This document shows, one piece after another, positions 61,626-64,000 of a stretch of DNA of 64,000 nucleotides. The stretch is from Callorhinchus milii (lineage: Eukaryota). A program made the position numbers and the translations under genes. The DNA is taken from the NCBI RefSeq assembly GCF_018977255.1, contig NW_024704743.1, positions 17,362,001 to 17,426,000 on the forward strand, written 5' to 3'. Positions within the stretch are counted from its first letter, which is position 1, and every line of letters starts with the position of its first letter. Below the pieces are notes generated by a model. The model was not told the origin of the DNA. It made no database searches and saw only the letters and a program-made list of their open reading frames with translations.

Positions 61626-64000
61626 AGATATTGATTCCCTCCCACCTCCCTACCTTTCCAATTTCCTCATCCATCACTCGCTGCCTCCGCTCGGCCGGTT
61701 CTGGCCTCCTGTTCCTCCCTCGCCCCCTCCGCTCCACCATTGGTGGCCGTGCTTTCAGTCACTAACCACCGAAGCTGTGGAACTCTGTCCCCAATCCATC
61801 CACCTTGCCCCTTCCTCGTGATTTTCAATTCCCACCTAAAGATATTCCTTTGTGATTGTGCTTATGGTCACCTCCCACCCCACTCTCCCCCTGGCTCGGG
61901 GTCAGATTCCGCCACTGTTCAGTGCTTCAGGACACTATATAAATGCAAGTTGTTGTTGTTATTGTTACAACTGAGAGCATTAGACACTGAAATAGGTCAT
62001 CAGATCCATAAAATATGAGACATCCCAAGTAAACTCCTAGAAATATATCAAATGTACTATTAGTATTTTCAAATGAGCCTAAGCCTCAAAAAAATATATT
62101 TATTGTTTTTAAAAAAGGATGAAGGCTGAATTATAGCAGCGCCACTAATACAACCAGCAGCTAAATTGGGTGATTTTTTTCAGCCCACCTAACCTTTTCC
62201 ATATCAAGCATCACGACACGCGCTTGTTTAGATTAGTTGCAGGAAGAATTGAAAGCAGCATCTGGACATCTTTTATCCCATTATCTTGCAGTAATTACAT
62301 ATTGTGCAGATTCATGCAGAAGCAGCAGCCTTGCACACTAACTCTAGGCTCACAGTAGAAAATCTGTGTTTTACATTTATTATCGGGGAGCTCTGTGTTC
62401 TTTAAATAATACATTTGAATGCTAAGAAGAAAAAAATCAATTTTTATGACCACATTTGGTGAAAAAACGCTTATATGTGAGATAGAATCAGTAAGTGGAT
62501 TATTGGAGGCATTGCTTCTCCTCAGGCTGATGATGATGACACATGCACTGGAGTTTCTTTCACTTAAAGTATATCAGTGCATCCTGCCAGAGAACTATCA
62601 TCTTTTATAATGGTTGCAATTATAATGCAGCAACTGATATGTGAAAGTGTCTCCCTGAGATGCACGAACAGCAAACCTCTAACTATGGCTGCCCACTCCC
62701 TCCCACATACACATCATTGCACCTCAGATTAATGAAGTCTACCAGAATAGGAGTGGACAAGATAGGGTGGTAGTGCCCGAGGTTGAAGGGTTCGAGGTGG
62801 GTGATGCTGGCGGTTTGAAGGGGAGTGGGACTGATCCTGAGGAGAGGGACTGACTAATGGTGTCTACCAGCAGAGGAGGAGAAGCTGGGTGATCAGCAGC
62901 TGAGTGGGGAGAGGTTTGAGGCAGTAGGTGGGTCTTTAACATCTACTCGAACAGGCAAACGGAGGCCTCAGTTTACCATATCATCTAAAGGATGACAATT
63001 CCAACAACACAATGCTTCCCCAGCACTGTGCAAACAGAGATAGTATTATATATTAGTCTTATAGACTGGAGCAGACAGGGATTATATTAAATCTCTGGTT
63101 TCGGAGTAAATAAAATTGGGTTCGCTGTATTATGCTGCTAGAGACTGGTCAATCTGCAAGTAAACAGGCAGATTGTACATGACAGTGACATAAGGCAACC
63201 CAAAGGGTAAGCTGGCACATGACCTTCTGAAGTCCCACTGAGGCAGAAGATGTCAATGATGATAACAATCCTTGCATTTGTTATTGCCTTTCATCCCAGG
63301 AGGATGTCCTGTGTAAATTAGCCAGGAGATAGTAGAAAAACACATGTGCGTATTTAATGTTCTGTATGGTTAACTCTTTCAAGGCCAGTTTAACTTACAC
63401 AGTGCCATTCACATTGGATGAATGAATCGAAGGGTTTCACAAAGCCAATGGGTAATTGTCAACGGAGAAAACAACGAGACTCTGAGGGTGTTGATCAAAG
63501 GCATTATCAAAAGGATACATTTGAAGAGGATTTTGAGGGCAGGGAAATAAGACAAGTGGATATTTGGAGAGAGCTTCAGAGTGGGAGCATAGTGGGCTGA
63601 AAGCTTAGCCATTGCAGGGGGTGGGGGAGGTGAAGGAGGAGAGCAGAGAACGAGCATTAAACCTAACTCAAAAGAGCAGAGGGTAGAGACAGGTGAATGG
63701 AGGCAATAATTGCAAAAGTAGTGAAGAGCAAGATTATTAAGGGATTTCGTGAAAACACCACCTGCATAATCAGACTCATTTTTTACTAAAATGTGCTTTA
63801 GCTTACATTTAAGCAAAGAAGTTACTTCAAGAATGTTTACAGCCCAGTGGAATATTGAATCTTAGTATTGGCTTCCTTAGTGCACATTAAAAATGCTGTG
63901 GAAACTGTGAACTTGTGAAAACACAACTTCATATCCACATTGTCATAATGTTCCTCAAACAGCTACATGTACCTTATACCACCTTCACACTACACGTGGT

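Noticed and set aside
60000..64000. Possible neighbouring gene (such as RUNDC3B, adjacent to ABCB1 in mammals)
   Set aside because: No recognisable coding exon; the region is SINE/L2 fragments and AT-rich unique DNA.

Overview
Eukaryotic (vertebrate) genomic DNA, most likely from a cartilaginous fish judging by its repeat families (inference). It is not prokaryotic: I see no operons, CRISPR arrays, rRNA or real tRNA genes. One minus-strand gene dominates: a P-glycoprotein ABC transporter of the ABCB1/ABCB4 type. I traced 25 coding exons by hand from the ATG at 53078 down to 3287 (3474 nt, 1158 codons, all GT-AG introns, frame continuous). The end of NBD2 lies beyond position 1. Introns and the upstream flank are packed with decayed mobile DNA: L2 LINEs of two subfamilies, CR1 LINEs, a young tRNA-derived SINE, older Deu-domain SINEs, a Penelope-like element with a degenerate hammerhead ribozyme, an internally deleted hAT/Buster transposon with intact TIRs and TSD, a probable non-autonomous Helitron, and a dispersed repeat I cannot name. 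Nearly all short ORFs in the track are TE fragments or antisense noise. I found no convincing new biological system. The best leads are TE-level and splicing-level observations.
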